Shown piece after piece: positions 1 through 13,970 of a stretch of DNA of 64,000 nt (the stretch's first letter is position 1; every line of letters begins with the position of its first letter). A program made the position numbers and the translations under genes. The DNA lies in the NCBI GenBank assembly GCA_964016885.1, contig OZ024759.1, forward strand, positions 30,752,001 to 30,816,000, given 5' to 3'. The DNA comes from Eledone cirrhosa (lineage: Eukaryota). The notes under the pieces are model-generated. The model was given only the letters and a program-made list of their open reading frames with translations, made no database searches and was not told the DNA's origin.

Positions 1-278
1 ACGTTGGAATATCTTCAATGGTGCTTCTTTGTATGACGTCGTAAACTTTGTTGATCCAAGAGAGCATTCAAATGTGTCGGAAACATTAATGTATCCAAGA
101 AGGTAAATGAGTAAATGTAAGAGAAGTGGGGAGGTAAATAGAGATAAAGTATATGATCAGTGCTTAACTTGGGGTTATGCAACGGCAACAGTTACTACCA
201 CCGATGTTACGTCAATTTTTAAGGTATTGGAACGGCCCAACTCCAATTGTCATCGCCTCCATCTCTCTGGCGCTTCCC

Positions 279-986
279 ATCTCTCCGTATGGTGAGCAAA
301 TGTGGTCTCACGTGCTGACCGCCCCCCCCCCCATCTCTCTGTATGGTGAGCAAATGTGGTCCCAAGTGCTGACCTCCCCATCTCTCTGTATGGTGAGAAA
401 ATGTGGTCCCAAGTGCTGACCTCCCCATCTCTCTGTATGGTGAGCAAATGTGGTCCCAAGTGCTGGCCTCCCCACCTCTCTGTATGGTGAGCAAATGTGG
501 TCCCACTTGCTGGCCTCCCCATTTCTCTGTATGGTGAGCAAATGTGGTCCCAAGTGCTGGCCTCCCCACCTCTCTGTATGGTGAGCAAATGTGGTCCCAC
601 TTGCTGGCCTCCCCACCTCTCTGTATGGTGAACAAATGTGGTCCCAGGTGCTGACCTCCCCACCTCTCTGTATGGTGAACAAATGTGGTCCCAGGTGCTG
701 ACCTCCCCACCTCTCTGTATGGTGAACAAATGTGGTCCCAGGTGCTGACCTCCCCATCTCTCTGTATGGTGAGAAAATGTGGTCCCAAGTGCTGACCTCC
801 CCATATCTCTGTATGGTGAGCAAATGTGGTCCCACTTGCTGGCCTCCCCACCTCTCTGTATGGTTAGAAAATGTGGTCCCAAGTGCTGACCTCCCCACCT
901 CTCTGTATGGTGAGCAAATGTAGTCCCAAGTGCTGACCTCCCCATCTCTCTGTATGGTAAGCAAATGTGGTCCCACTTGCTGGCCT
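279..986. repeat. 47-bp GC-rich minisatellite, ~15 copies
   Basis: Unit TCTCTCTGTATGGTGAGCAAATGTGGTCCCAAGTGCTGACCTCCCCA repeated in tandem; the minus-strand ORFs show the expected 47-aa periodicity. Confidence 0.95.
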
Positions 987-1099
987 CGTCACATCCCTGG
1001 CGGACAGAATGGAGAAGGTAAATTACATTTATGTTATGTCTAGAGCTTTATAAGGTCGCACGAAATATTAATTATTTCCACAGCTAGACAGCCGAGCCT

Positions 1100-1282
1100 T
1101 ATCCCATCCTCATATAGGAGGGTCGGGAGGAGGGGAGGCATGGACTTATGGACCAGTAACTCTCCATCGTTTCCTGTCTCTTACCATTGCTGTACATTCC
1201 ACCAAACTTCTTCCTGTCCATTCCCTCATATCATCTGACCATCTCCTTTTCTGCTGCCCCCTGGCCTTTTCCCACTGTATTC
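1100..1282 (-). mobile_element. RTE-clade LINE 3' end fragment (diverged)
   Basis: Homologous to 2985-3150 (ATGGACTTATGGACCAG...TTGCTGTACATTCCACCAAACT). Confidence 0.7.
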
Positions 1283-2966
1283 ACACATATACACATGTAT
1301 ACATACATTCACACATATACACATGTATACATACATTCACACATATACACATGTATACATACATTCACACATATACATATGTATACATACATTCACACAT
1401 ATACACATGTATACATACATTCACACATATACATATGTATATATACATTCACACATATACACATGTATACATACATTCACACATATACACATGTATACAT
1501 ACATTCACACATATACATATGTATATATACATTCACATATATATACATGTATACATACATTCACACATATACACATGTATATATACATTCACACATATAA
1601 ACATGTATATATACATTCACATATATATACATGTATACATACATTCACACATATACACATGTATATATACATTCACACATACACACATGTATACATACAT
1701 TCACACATACACACAGGTATACATACATCACACATACACACATGTATACATACATTCACACATACACACAGGTATACATACATTCACACATACACACATG
1801 TATACATACATTCACACATACACACATGTATACATACATTCACACATATACACATATATACATACATTCACACATACATACATGTATACATACATTCACA
1901 CATATATACACATATATACCATACATTCACACATTTACACATGTATACATACATTCACACATACACACATGTATACATACATTCACACATATACACATAT
2001 ATACATACATTCACACATACATACATGTATACATACATTCACACATATATACACATATATACCATACATTCACACATTTACACATGTATACATACATTCA
2101 CACATATACACATATATACATACATTCACACATACATACATGTATACATACATTCACACATATATACACATATATACCATACATTCACACATTTACACAT
2201 GTATACATACATTCACACATATATACACATATGTAACATACATTCACACATATACACACAGGTATACATACATTCACACATTTACACATGTATACATACA
2301 TTCACACATACACACAGGTATACATACATTCACACATACACACAGGTATATATACATTCACACATTTACACAAGTATTCATACATTCACACATTTACACA
2401 TGTATACATACATTCACACATACACACATGTATACATACATTCACACATTTACACAGGTATACATACATTCACACATACACACAGGTACATACATTCACA
2501 CATTTACACAGGTATACATACATTCACACATACACACAGGTATACATACATTCACACATACACACAGGTATATATACATTCACACATTTACACAAGTATT
2601 CATACATTCACACATTTACACATGTATACATACATTCACACATACACACAGGTATACATACATTCACACATACACACATGTATACATACATTCACACATA
2701 CACACAGGTATACATACATTCACACATACACACAGGTATATATACATTCACACATTTACACAAGTATTCATACATTCACACATTTACACATGTATACATA
2801 CATTCACACATACACACATGTATACATACATTCACACATTTACACAGGTATACATACATTCACACATACACACAGGTACATACATTCACACATTTACACA
2901 TGTATTCATACATTCACACATACACACATGTATACATACATATACACACCCATATATACACACATG
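1277..2966. repeat. 28-bp minisatellite (TACATACATTCACACATATACACATGTA)n, ~60 copies
   Basis: Direct tandem periodicity with variant blocks; source of the spurious H/T/Y/I-rich ORFs. Confidence 0.95.
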
Positions 2967-2983
2967 TCTTTCTCACCCCATCC

Positions 2984-3420
2984 TCATATCTGAGGGTCAG
3001 GGGTCATGGACCTATGGACCAGCAGTCTCCATCTTTTCCTGTATCTTGCTATTGCTGTACATTCCACCAAACTCCACCCTCTCCATTCCTTAATATTACT
3101 TGTCCATCTCTTTTTCTGCCGTCCCCTGCCTCTTTCCCCGTGTATTCGTACCTCAAGAATGTGGGTAGTCAAATATTCGGCCCTGATGACATGACAAAAA
3201 TACTGAAGCCTCCTTTTCCTTACTGTTTCAACCAACTGTTGATTGGCACTAATCTCTTTTAGGACAGATTAATTTGTTCTGTGAGCTGTCCAGCTAATTC
3301 TAAGTGTACACACATATAGCATAAGGTTTCAAATACACTCAGTAGTTTCAAGTCAGATGCCTTTACAGTTCATGACTCACAGCAATATAGAGCTACTGGC
3401 TACATTAAAGTGTTATTCTT
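2984..3420 (-). mobile_element. RTE-clade non-LTR retrotransposon, C-terminal ORF2/3' end
   Basis: Translation RKRRLQYFCHVIR...HGERGRGRQKKRWTSNIKEW...ARYRKRWRLLV matches the typical RTE ORF2 C-terminus (WxGHxxR...GxRxRGRxxxRW...AxDRxxWR). Confidence 0.85.
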
Positions 3421-4348
3421 TCCACACCTGCGTTTGTCAAAGTAAAAAATAATAGCTGTGAAATTTTCTCTATTTCTTTGACTTTTATTTACTCCTCTGT
3501 TATACCCCTCCGTCCCCCTGTCTCACTTTTGTTTTGACATTTTAATCCACATGCTATAATCCCAAGAAGATATCTGGAGAAGTTTATTTCAATATGTTGC
3601 GCATTATATTATTTCGAAGGATATCGATTTTGCGAAACATTCTTTTGTTATGGCAGCGACATATTTGTTTTGCAAGGTTTTTGATATTGGTAACAAATAT
3701 TGTTATATTTGTAGATGGTTATGTTGTTCTAATATTGTCAAACAAAGTAAATTTGTAAAACATACTCACTGTTTGGTTGGGTTCTTGATTCATTTTCAGT
3801 ATATATGTTTTTTTTTTATTTCTATAATTAATTTAGCTGGTACTCAATATTTATCGTTGATTGACCAACAGTTGAAAATATCAATATAAATATAATCTCT
3901 CAGAGTTCTTTCGTCACACATTTTCCTCTGGCAACTTCAGTGATTATCACCGTGTTTCCTCTTTTGTTATATTTTATACTCTCTGTTGGTTCGCTAAACA
4001 CTGAATTTCTTTTATTTTTCTGAGCTATGTTCCTTGTAAATAAACTTCGTGGTTTGTATCTCTACACCAGTTAACTGATAGTTTTTTGGTTTCCTATGAA
4101 AAACAAATGAGATAGAGAATAGTCGTCCATGTGTTTTTACGAAGTTTTAACTCTGACCAATGGACTATTATATATGATTTAAATATATATTTCCCTCTGA
4201 TAATATTGAATGTTGTTTTGTAGCAACTGTACTAAGAGTATAAATGATGCACCAAGGATAATGAACGTGACATTTAGTACACATAGTACAAACATACGCA
4301 TGTATGTATGCATGTATGTATGTATATATGTATATATGTATGTATGTA

Positions 4349-4382
<34 letters not shown>

Positions 4383-4384
4383 TG

Positions 4385-4423
<39 letters not shown>

Positions 4424-5654
4424 GTACACATATATATACACACGTATATATATATACACATATATATGTATACACGCATACACACACGCACATAAACACA
4501 GACATATATATATACATTTACATATACATACATAGGTACATACATGTACTGATTATAATAGCTGCCATAAATATTAACATGGGATCTGCATTTGTTAAAT
4601 TATTCAGCACAATGAACATTTCTTTACAAACTCCAGAGCTTTTAAGTGAAATCATACACTGCATTAATGCATACAAAATCTCAGCTTTTGGTCGACTAAT
4701 TATAAATTCAAAACAAACTAGATATGTTTACAACTAGCAACGAAAACAAATTTGATGTTCTTAAGACTAACAAAACACACACAGTGAAGGAATTAATATG
4801 AGATAAACCTTATAAGATTGATTGAGTCTTCATGTGATAGGAGAAAATCTTTCAATACGAATATTGATAAGGTTATGCCTTTCCAGATCATCTAATGGAA
4901 CGATTTTCTCTTTATATTTAGGAGGAGAAAAAATCAATATGAATTCTAAGTGATAAACAGGCAAAATTTCAATTTTTCATGCCCGTCATTTTATTATCAA
5001 ATCTCTGTACGTTGCCAAACGTGCTTTAAGAAGAAGAAAAAAACAAGTATTGAATCCCTCATGTGATGTAAAAATTCGTAACGATGCAATTTGAGCCGCT
5101 AAATTAGTAATAAAAAAAAATGTCTCTGTCAAGAATAATTAAAACGGTGAGATATAGGATTGAATTTGAGATAATCGTTGATATTCGACATAATTTTATC
5201 AACGTTATCAATGCTCTCAAATTTGAATTAGATTAGTATTCCTAATTGTCATGAATATCTGACAACTCTTTGTGACAACTCTTTGCCACTCTTGCTATCA
5301 TACCTTCCATGAAATCAACTAGCAAAACCTGTTATTTCCTTTTCGCATTTTGAAGTGGAAGTCATTATTCGTGATTTTAATTCATCTAGATTGAACATGA
5401 ATAATGATATGACTGGCAACGATAAATTACACAGTATGAGAAATACTGTCTGTTTATTTTCTTTGATACACAAACTCATGATTGATGCTGGAAATGTTGT
5501 TTAATCCTAACTCACATCTTGGCAACTAGATCTACGATCAAAGAAATTCATCGCTTTTTGATTTTGTTTAGTTTGGGTTTTGAGCAAATATAATATAAGT
5601 AGGACAGTATTTATCCAATGTGTACTTCCGTTCTTAAGACGTTAGGCTATGATT

Positions 5655-5920
5655 TTGGTAAGGGTGTTGGACTTACGATCATGAAGACGTGGGTTCGATT
5701 CCTGCACTGGATTGCGCGTTGTGTTTGTGAGCAAAGCGTTTCATTTCACGTTGTCCCAGTATACTCAGCCTAAAATGTGTAACACCAGTAACTGGGGGAT
5801 GGGTGTAACCCTTTGATAGACTGTCACCCTGTCGAGGAGGGGAAGGGGAGTATTGTTGTACTGTCAGTCGCTTCATGTCACTAAATCTGGGATAAGCACA
5901 AGATTGATGAGCCTCCATTT
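5655..5920 (+). mobile_element. tRNA-derived SINE family B
   Basis: tRNA-like head with B box GGTTCGATTCC; body TTGTG..TGAGCAA..TTTCATTTCACGTTG is shared with 15195, 43330 and 52545. Confidence 0.75.
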
Positions 5921-6145
5921 TCTAGATAAACGTTTTTCATGATTTGAGGAACATTTAGCTATTATGCTTAGCAACTCAAGAGAACACGAAGGGGCTCTCA
6001 TTTTCTTAACTCAATGCTGAACGAAACATACGAATCTCTATTACATTTTATGCAACCATGGGAATTTAACTCCTGATGCATTTGTAGGGCGCCATCTTGA
6101 GTATTTAAAAGTAAAGGAGGTCATAGCTCTCTTGTGCAGAACAAC

Positions 6146-6148
<3 letters not shown>

Positions 6149-6232
<84 letters not shown>
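6149..6232. repeat. (GA)n microsatellite
   Basis: Direct. Confidence 0.98.
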
Positions 6233-6235
<3 letters not shown>

Positions 6236-6339
6236 AGAAAACTTGAAAAGAGAAGAGAGAGAAAGAGGGAAATAATTTAATCCATTATCGAAGTGATACA
6301 TTATTTATCAATCAGTGAATGATGAAAGGAAAAATTTAG

Positions 6340-6463
6340 TTTTAAGTCCAAAGAGCCGGAACAAATATGGTGAACCGTTCTATCCGGCACCGTAAGCTGT
6401 TTGACACTTTGCCGCCAAAATTCCATTAACGCTCTATAAATACCGTTTCTCTGATTGCTCTTC
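6340..6463 (-). pseudogene. Putative terminal LamG-like pseudo-exon
   Basis: Acceptor TGTTTAG|G; VNGILAAKCQTAYGAG* then frameshifted SGSLD resemble the GxI..C.L.IG.G...F.G.LD end of Pif-type LamG. Confidence 0.3.
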
Positions 6464-6862
6464 CTAAACATAGACAAGACAAAGTCTTACAAAATACTTA
6501 TTTTATCTTTGCAGGTAGAATATCCGATATTTCTTTTTTTCAATCCGATGTTATTTTAATGTTGAAATTCGATATTATATCAAGAGTATATAAAGATATA
6601 TATTCTGATAATGTTAGCAATAATAACGATTTCTTATAAATATCTTAATGAGTTAAATCAGAATTGGAAATAATGGTTTCCATTTTAGAAATAAAGGGGA
6701 GGGGAAGTCGGTTATATCTACCCCAGTACATGACTGGTGCTTTATTTAAATGACTTCAAAATGTTTAACAACAGCTGAACTTACATATATAAGAAAACTG
6801 TAATTTGCCCCACAATCGACGTAGTTATTAAAATAACTTAACTATTGACTACTAAAACTGAT

Positions 6863-6931
<69 letters not shown>

Positions 6932-7198
6932 ATAAAAGGATGTTTTCTTATATATATATTAGAAAGTGCTCAGTCCCGACAGTTGAGCTCTTGCCGTTTC
7001 GGCAGATAATACACATATATATCAGATTAAAATTTTGAGTTAGCAACTCACATTATTCCCTTATAATAGAAAAAGCCCAAGGAAGAAATATGTGATTTGA
7101 ATACATATATGTATATATGTGTATATATATATGTGTGTATGTCTCTCTTTACTGTTTTATATGTTCATAAGGATTAAACATATATTTAACTAGTTAGA

Positions 7199-7232
<34 letters not shown>

Positions 7233-7364
7233 TGCCAGAGACAATTGAACGTATATTAACAAATTTCAATATATGTTTCGTTCTTGGAGACATTATCCTG
7301 TATTAATATATGATAATTGAGACATTAACATTCCATGAAAGTTTCTTGATCAACATCTGAAAAT

Positions 7365-7712
7365 TTCAGCCTATTTCAACTCTTCCTAATAACTTCATTG
7401 TTTCTTTCAATGGACTATGTTGAAAAACAAAGCTCATTTGGTCATTCAATGAGAGTATCTTGGTCAGCCTATGAACTCTTCAGCCTATTTCAACTCTTCT
7501 TATTAATAACTACACTGTTTCTGTCCATGGACTATGTTGTAAAATAAACCTCATTTGGTCAATCCACGAGAGTATCTTGGTCAGTTTATGAATTTTTCAA
7601 CCCATTTCAACTCTTCTTATTAGTAACTGCATTGTTTCTTTCAAGGGACTATGTTGAAAAATAAACTTCATTTAGTCATTCCTTGAGAGTATCTTGGTCA
7701 GTTTATGAACCT
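7365..7712. repeat. ~116-bp tandem repeat x3, related to the MITE at 12766
   Basis: Three units each ending GAGAGTATCTTGGTCAG(C/T)(C/T)TATGAA. Confidence 0.85.
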
Positions 7713-7970
7713 TATAGTCGACCGTCGTATAAGAACAGAAATTAAACAATGTTGCACTATTGGGTATTGTTCTATATTGTATATAATGTTTTCAAACCGA
7801 AGATATATTGTGATTACAAGTATATACTTCATCTTTCATGAGGAATGTCTATAGTTTATTTAGATTAATGGTAGGAGACAGACTTTTTACATAAGCGTTG
7901 CTGCCTTATATAATTTATATATATTCAAGTGTTTTTATAAAAACCGATTCTGTTGTAATTGTTTGTGTAT

Positions 7971-8003
<33 letters not shown>

Positions 8004-8102
8004 GTGTGTCTCTGTGTGTATGTATGTGTATGTGTGTGCAGATAAATGTATATATATATATATATGTAATATATATATATATATATATATATGTAATATA
8101 TG

Positions 8103-8151
<49 letters not shown>

Positions 8152-8227
8152 TTTTATTGGATAAAATATTTACACACACATATATATATGTAATATATAT
8201 ATACATATGTGTATGTGTATGTGTGTG

Positions 8228-8475
<248 letters not shown>

Positions 8476-8639
8476 TATATAGTTTTATTGGATAAAATAT
8501 TTATACTGAGCACAGTCTGAAGCAAATAACATTCATTTGTTGATCTATACCAAGCCAATCGGTTAATAAACTCTCGTAATAGGAACATTTTAAGACAAAC
8601 TCAGAACAGAATCGATGGAAACTTTTACACCGTTTAATT

Positions 8640-8735
8640 TAACGATTAACGTTCGCCTAATATAATCGATTTTAACAGTCTAGACTTTAATGTAGACGTA
8701 CATATACAGTAATACCATCCATATAGGAATCGTAA
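8640..8735 (-). pseudogene. Putative LamG-like mid-domain pseudo-exon
   Basis: GWYYCICTSTLKSRLLKSIILG resembles LamG GW..V...YDG..L...V.G. Confidence 0.2.
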
Positions 8736-8838
8736 TGAGATATTTCATCCTATTACATAATCATAAAAGAACAATATTAGATAATAGAGTATATATACAC
8801 ACAGAATTAGAGAGAACAGAATATATAATCAAATGTAT

Positions 8839-8918
<80 letters not shown>

Positions 8919-8927
8919 ATATATAGG

Positions 8928-8966
<39 letters not shown>

Positions 8967-9384
8967 AGAGAGAGAGAGAGAGAAAGATATATATATATAT
9001 ATTCATATATATATGAAACCAGAACTATAGTTTTCCGAATGCAAATGACCATTATTATAGCAATGAAATAATAATTGCAAAAATTGGATAAGGTACCACA
9101 AGAGAACGAAACAAGTGGAAAGACGACAGCTGTAAGGAATTGAACCTCACATCTCCCAGATGCCAGAAGACTGCCTTAAAACTGCAGTAGAGAGAGATGT
9201 TGCGAATCTATTCCATGATTTTAGAATATTTTCAGCCTGTAGCTATAGGTTTAAATTTTGAATTTCAAATGTGAAAACTTAAACAGAAATACATAGACGG
9301 ATTTTGTAGGATAAACCGAACATGGTGTAGAATTTATGAAGTATTTTCTACTATTGCCTGGGGTTGGCCACAGTTTAATGGCTG

Positions 9385-9725
9385 AAACTAGTAATATAAT
9401 TGTTTCTACTTTTGGCACAAGGCCAGCAATTATCCCAGTGTATTACTGGTACTTTATTTTATCGACCCCGTAAAGATGAATGGCAAAGTTAACCTCGGCG
9501 GGATTTGAACTCAGAATGGAAAGGGCTAGTAATATAATTGTTTCTACTTTAGGCACAAGGCCAGCAATTACCCAGTGCATTACTGGTACTTTATTTTATC
9601 GACCCCGTAAGGATGAAAGGCAAAGTCAACCTCGGCGGGATTTGAACTCAGATCGTAAAGGGACGTAACTATGCTGGAAAGCATGGCGTCCGACCCTCTA
9701 CCGATACTGCCAATCCACCGCCCAA
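9385..9725 (-). mobile_element. Two tandem copies of tRNA-derived SINE family A
   Basis: Reverse complement of TTGGCAGTATCGGTAGAG...GAGTTCAAATCCCGCCGAGGTTAACTTTGCCTTTCATCCTTACGGGGTCGATAAAATAAAGTACCAG...GGCCTTGTGCC. Confidence 0.9.
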
Positions 9726-10064
9726 GGGCTAGTAATATAATAAAGGAATTATAGAATAAATGAAAATAATCGAAGAATAAAAATATAAATGGCAACACTG
9801 ATAAAGAGATATAGTTGACGATATGAGAGGTGGTTAGAAGAAGCTGAAGAAAAAGGAAAAGAAGAAGAGGTTGAGAGGAAGAAAGAGAAGAAGGTGGAGA
9901 CGAAAAACAAAAAGAAGTGTAGAAGGAGATTAGAAGAAGAACAAAGAGAAGAAAGAGGAATACAATGAAGAAAAGACGACGAAAAAATAGAAGAAATTTG
10001 AAGATATGAGAGAAGAAAGAGGATGATGTGAGGGTGAAGGAGAAACATGATGATGGTGTTGAGA

Positions 10065-10285
10065 AGAAGGAGGAGGAGAAGAAGAAGAAGAAGAAGAAGA
10101 AGAAGAAGAAGAAGAAGAAGAAGAAGAAGAAGAAGGAGGAGGAGGATATGAAGAAGAAGGAGGATGAGAAGTAGGAGGAGGAGAAGAAGAAGGAGGAGGA
10201 GGAGGAGGATATGAAGAAGAAGGAGAAGGAGAAGTAGGAGGAGGAGGAGGCGGAGGAGAAGAAGAAGAAGAAGAAGAAGAAGAAA
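10065..10285. repeat. (AAG)n/(GAG)n purine microsatellite
   Basis: Direct. Confidence 0.95.
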
Positions 10286-10294
10286 ATAAACTTG

Positions 10295-10562
10295 AAGATC
10301 GTTCGTCAACATTGACCAACATTTCACAATGGACGCCAGTGAAATCAATACTGAAACCATAATCAACAAAGTTTGTTATGCAATGTGTCGTTGACGTGTT
10401 AAGTTTGCTAAATGGCATAAGATTTTATTAGATAGCTTCTGTGACAAGGAAATGGTGACGACTATCGATCTGTTTCTTTCATCATTGTTCACTTGTTAGG
10501 TTTTATCGCATGTTTGTTTAAGAATTGTCCTCATTGTCGGTTTGAAACTTGTATTTTAAGAC
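10295..10562 (-). pseudogene. Putative LamG-like N-terminal pseudo-exon
   Basis: Frameshifted pieces LKYKFQTDNEDNS* / VNNDE / RSYLI / LAN / EMLVNVDE parallel Pif-type L.F..D..D.SGN..V.N...S.L.IP.F.N...LV.NGDC. Confidence 0.35.
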
Positions 10563-10622
10563 ATGAAATAAAAAGTTGCTGGATTGAAATTGTCAGTTTT
10601 TGTTTAGATAACATAGGCTAGG

Positions 10623-10678
<56 letters not shown>

Positions 10679-10680
<2 letters not shown>

Positions 10681-10871
10681 CGAAGGAAATGTGGTAAGGA
10701 ACCAGGTGGACCATAACGCACCAAAGTACTCAATACTTGAGGTAGTAGAGTGGGTAATAGGAACCAGTAAGACCCCGACAGCTGAGCTCAAGCCGTTTCG
10801 ACGGCTAATTCTGAGTCCAGAATTAGCCGTCGAAACGGCTTGAGCTCAGCTGTCGGGGTCTTACTGGTTCC

Positions 10872-10873
<2 letters not shown>
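10679..10873 (-). mobile_element. Family P1 fold-back Penelope-like pLTR fragment in (TA)n with 3' half of hammerhead
   Basis: ~135-nt long arm plus ~56-nt inverted copy; carries GAAAC-GGCT-TGAGCTC-AGCT-GTC (stem III plus GUC site). Confidence 0.8.
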
Positions 10874-10907
<34 letters not shown>

Positions 10908-10959
10908 CATATATATATGTGTGTGTGTGTGAGTGTGTGTATCCCGGGTTCAAGAAGCC

Positions 10960-11019
<60 letters not shown>

Positions 11020-11087
11020 ATCTCTCTCTCCCTCTCTCTCTCTCTCTATATATATATATACATACATACATACATACATATATATAT

Positions 11088-11177
11088 GGTGACGCGCATT
11101 TCGCTATTGATCAGCTCAAGGTTCGATCTGTATCGATCTGGCCGGATTCTAGGATCAAAAGCTCGTCCGACTTCTGT

Positions 11178-11216
<39 letters not shown>

Positions 11217-11405
11217 GTTATTAATAAATGGAAACCATATTTATTTCATTATACATATTTCAGGGATACCAAATTAAATTATGGTATGGCTTCATCAGAC
11301 AAAATACAATATATAACAGTTTTACAAATAAGCTTTGACGTACCCTATTAAAATGCAACCATTATTTTTGGAAGCCATCCGGATAGTATATATATATATA
11401 CAAGA

Positions 11406-11498
<93 letters not shown>

Positions 11499-11501
11499 AG
11501 A

Positions 11502-11536
<35 letters not shown>

Positions 11537-11810
11537 TAGATAGATAGATAGATATATAGATATATATATTCGTGTACACAGTGTATTATGGTCGTTCATA
11601 ATCGCAAACAGATTTTTTTCCGTATGAATAATCTGCGTATGTATTTTCATAACATGTGACGAGTTTAATTTGCATTTTGCTGAAAGGTGTGATAAAGAAG
11701 GCTTGTGTAACAATGGGAACATTTCCATGTATGTGCTATATAAGTAATTACACTAGAAACATGGCGGGCGAAGGCATTGTATTCAGAAATTATATCTTTA
11801 CGAAAATGTT
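11088..11810 (-). pseudogene. Putative chitin-binding-like pseudo-exon split by (TA)n/PLE insertion
   Basis: [13 protein letters not shown]...[10 protein letters not shown], then beyond the insertion QQKSDELLIL...AKCAS; weak similarity to the Pif Cys-rich region. Confidence 0.25.
11242..11306 (-). ncRNA. Minimal type-I hammerhead ribozyme (family P2) in PLE-like fragment 11216-11388
   Basis: UAUUUUGU-CUGAUGA-stem II(AUACCA/UGGUAU)-GAAA-UAUGUA-UA^-AUGAAAUA. Confidence 0.7.
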
Positions 11811-12555
11811 TTCTCCCATATGAAATTAAAAAATATTCACCGGATTTAAGAGAAATAAGATATTAAAATTATATTATATGTATTAATTACATTCATGACA
11901 ATTTAAATATTGTCGGGTTATAGAAATAAGAAGACAATAGAAATTTTTGGAAAAATAAATTGTAGACAAATATGATGAAATATGAAGTATCTCGATATCT
12001 TGATATACAGAATGTGTTAAAGACGCGAGAAAATTTATATTTATAACAAATAAACAAATTTGACATACGTAGATTTTCTTGTTTAACACTTCTGAATTGT
12101 CAAGCTCAATTTAATACGAGATTTTGCTGAAATACCTTAAAACAAATGTTGAAGAAATAAATTCAAAACAAACGGGGGAAAATTATTATATTTAAAATTT
12201 CAAATTGGACGTTTATATGATATTTGTATAGAAATAGATTTGATATATGTTTTCATTTGTTTGTTCAATGGAAGTCCGTATGGATTTACATGGAAATGAA
12301 TATCTATGAGCGTATTGAACAATATATTTCAGAAAATAAATGAACACCAAATTTGATGTATCTTATTACGAAAAAATAAGAACTACATTATTTCTTTTGA
12401 TATGCAGTGTAGATACTGAATCTCAGCCTTTATATATATATATATATTGTGAAGAAAGTGTGTAGTTGCTGGATAAAGTGTGTTTATAAATCAGAGGAAG
12501 TCACGAACAGGGAAAGTTTCTCTTCATCAATTGTCTGCTGGAGACATTTCTAGGC

Positions 12556-12674
<119 letters not shown>

Positions 12675-12765
12675 GTTTATTTATTTATTTACATACGTAC
12701 GTATATGTATGCATATATATATATACGTAAACAGAGAGACATATATACGTATATATCCATATACA

Positions 12766-12852
12766 TACGAGGTCAGTTGAAAAATAAACCATATTTGATC
12801 AATCCATGAGAGTATCTTGGTCAGCCTATGAGCTTTTCAGATAACCCTCGTA
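12766..12852. mobile_element. Mariner-type MITE remnant
   Basis: Ends TACGAGG...TGAAAA / TTTTCAG...CCCTCGTA with TA flanks, typical of mariner TIRs. Confidence 0.6.
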
Positions 12853-12885
12853 TATATGTTTGTATATATGTACATATGTACGAGG

Positions 12886-13090
12886 CAGGATACCCGGTCG
12901 CGTGGTTAAACCACTAGGAGTGAAGGACCCCTAGCCTTTGTCAGGGTATTCTTCTAGGGGAAGGCAACTAAGGAAACTGGGATAACTCCGACACAAAACC
13001 TGCTGCTCAGTAATCACCGATTATAGCTACTGTCGCTCAGAGAGTGGAATTGACTCAGTGCACAGTCTTTCCTCACATAAAAAAGTATAT
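12886..13090 (+). mobile_element. Probable LINE (RTE-like) 5' region fragment
   Basis: GC-richer segment with GGGGAAGGCAAC...AAAC motif as seen in RTE 5' ends; no coding evidence. Confidence 0.35.
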
Positions 13091-13158
13091 ATAGATATAT
13101 ATATATATATTTATAAAATACATATATATAGTACATCAGCAGACGTATATATAAATGC

Positions 13159-13250
<92 letters not shown>

Positions 13251-13256
<6 letters not shown>

Positions 13257-13435
13257 AAAAAGAGATGAAATCGAAAATGCAACTGAAGTCTTATTTTTTT
13301 TTTAAATATATATATTTAAAAAAAAAATAAGACTTCAGTTGCATTTTTGATTTCATCTCTTTTTCTTTATACTTTCACTCGTGTAGGACACCTCGGTTAT
13401 TTTTCATTTTGTAAAAAAAACCTCACTTTCTAATA
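13251..13435 (+). mobile_element. Family P6 fold-back fragment in (TA)n
   Basis: Inverted arms AAGAAAAAGAGATGAAATCGAAAATGCAACTGAAGTC / reverse complement; homologous to 53680-53991. Confidence 0.75.
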
Positions 13436-13719
13436 TATATATATATATACTTTTTTTATGTGAGGAAAGATTGTTGTATTCTTATATGAATTCAATATGA
13501 ATTCAAAATAGGGGTCACATTGGACCAGGACAATGGAAAAAACAACGGAAAGGCGGACAGTCCCAACTCATCCGTCAACCACTGGAAATTACTAGGGTTT
13601 CGGGTTATTTAGGTTTTTGCCTTATGTTGCAGATAACGATCCAATTGCTCAAAGTCACATTCAATATGTAGTGTATCTTTGAGGGTAAATTTAAAATTTT
13701 AATAAGTTTAAGAGACGAT

Positions 13720-13970
13720 ATAAACCCTTTAACAGCGAGAAACGGCATCCGAATGAAATTCTGTGACATTAGTAAGGCTACACACGTGGAGCATAAAACG
13801 TAAATTAATTTAGCTAAGATGCATCCTCTATATTACTGGTAATAATTGCATAGAATGCAAACAGTGCGAGCACATATTCGGTATTTCCAATACCTCTAGG
13901 GTAAATACAACATGGTGGTCTTGGTATTAATACTGGTGGTAGTGGTGTGGGTGTAGCTAGTTGAGGGTTT
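13720..13970 (-). pseudogene. Putative Pro-rich linker plus chitin-binding (ChtBD2)-like pseudo-exon
   Basis: PQLATPTPLPPVLIPRPPCCIYPRGIG... followed by VC...EF...C pieces. Confidence 0.25.

Noticed and set aside
2-102. Possible plus-strand exon RWNIFNGASLYDVVNFVDPREHSNVSETLMYPR ending AG|GTAAAT
   Set aside because: Truncated by the window edge, no recognisable domain, no downstream partner exon found
219-976. Three overlapping 210-230-aa ORFs / CRISPR-like array
   Set aside because: 47-bp head-to-tail repeats with no unique spacers and no cas genes; eukaryotic context
1323-3093. 550-580-aa H/T/Y/I-rich ORFs
   Set aside because: Stop-free reading of a 28-bp minisatellite in all three frames
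9125-9190. tRNA gene on the minus strand
   Set aside because: B-box-like GGTTCAATTCC present but no complete cloverleaf; probably a SINE head or pseudo-tRNA
10310-10420. EGF reading of FTGVHCE
   Set aside because: Lacks the other cysteines; upstream motifs fit a LamG-like reading better
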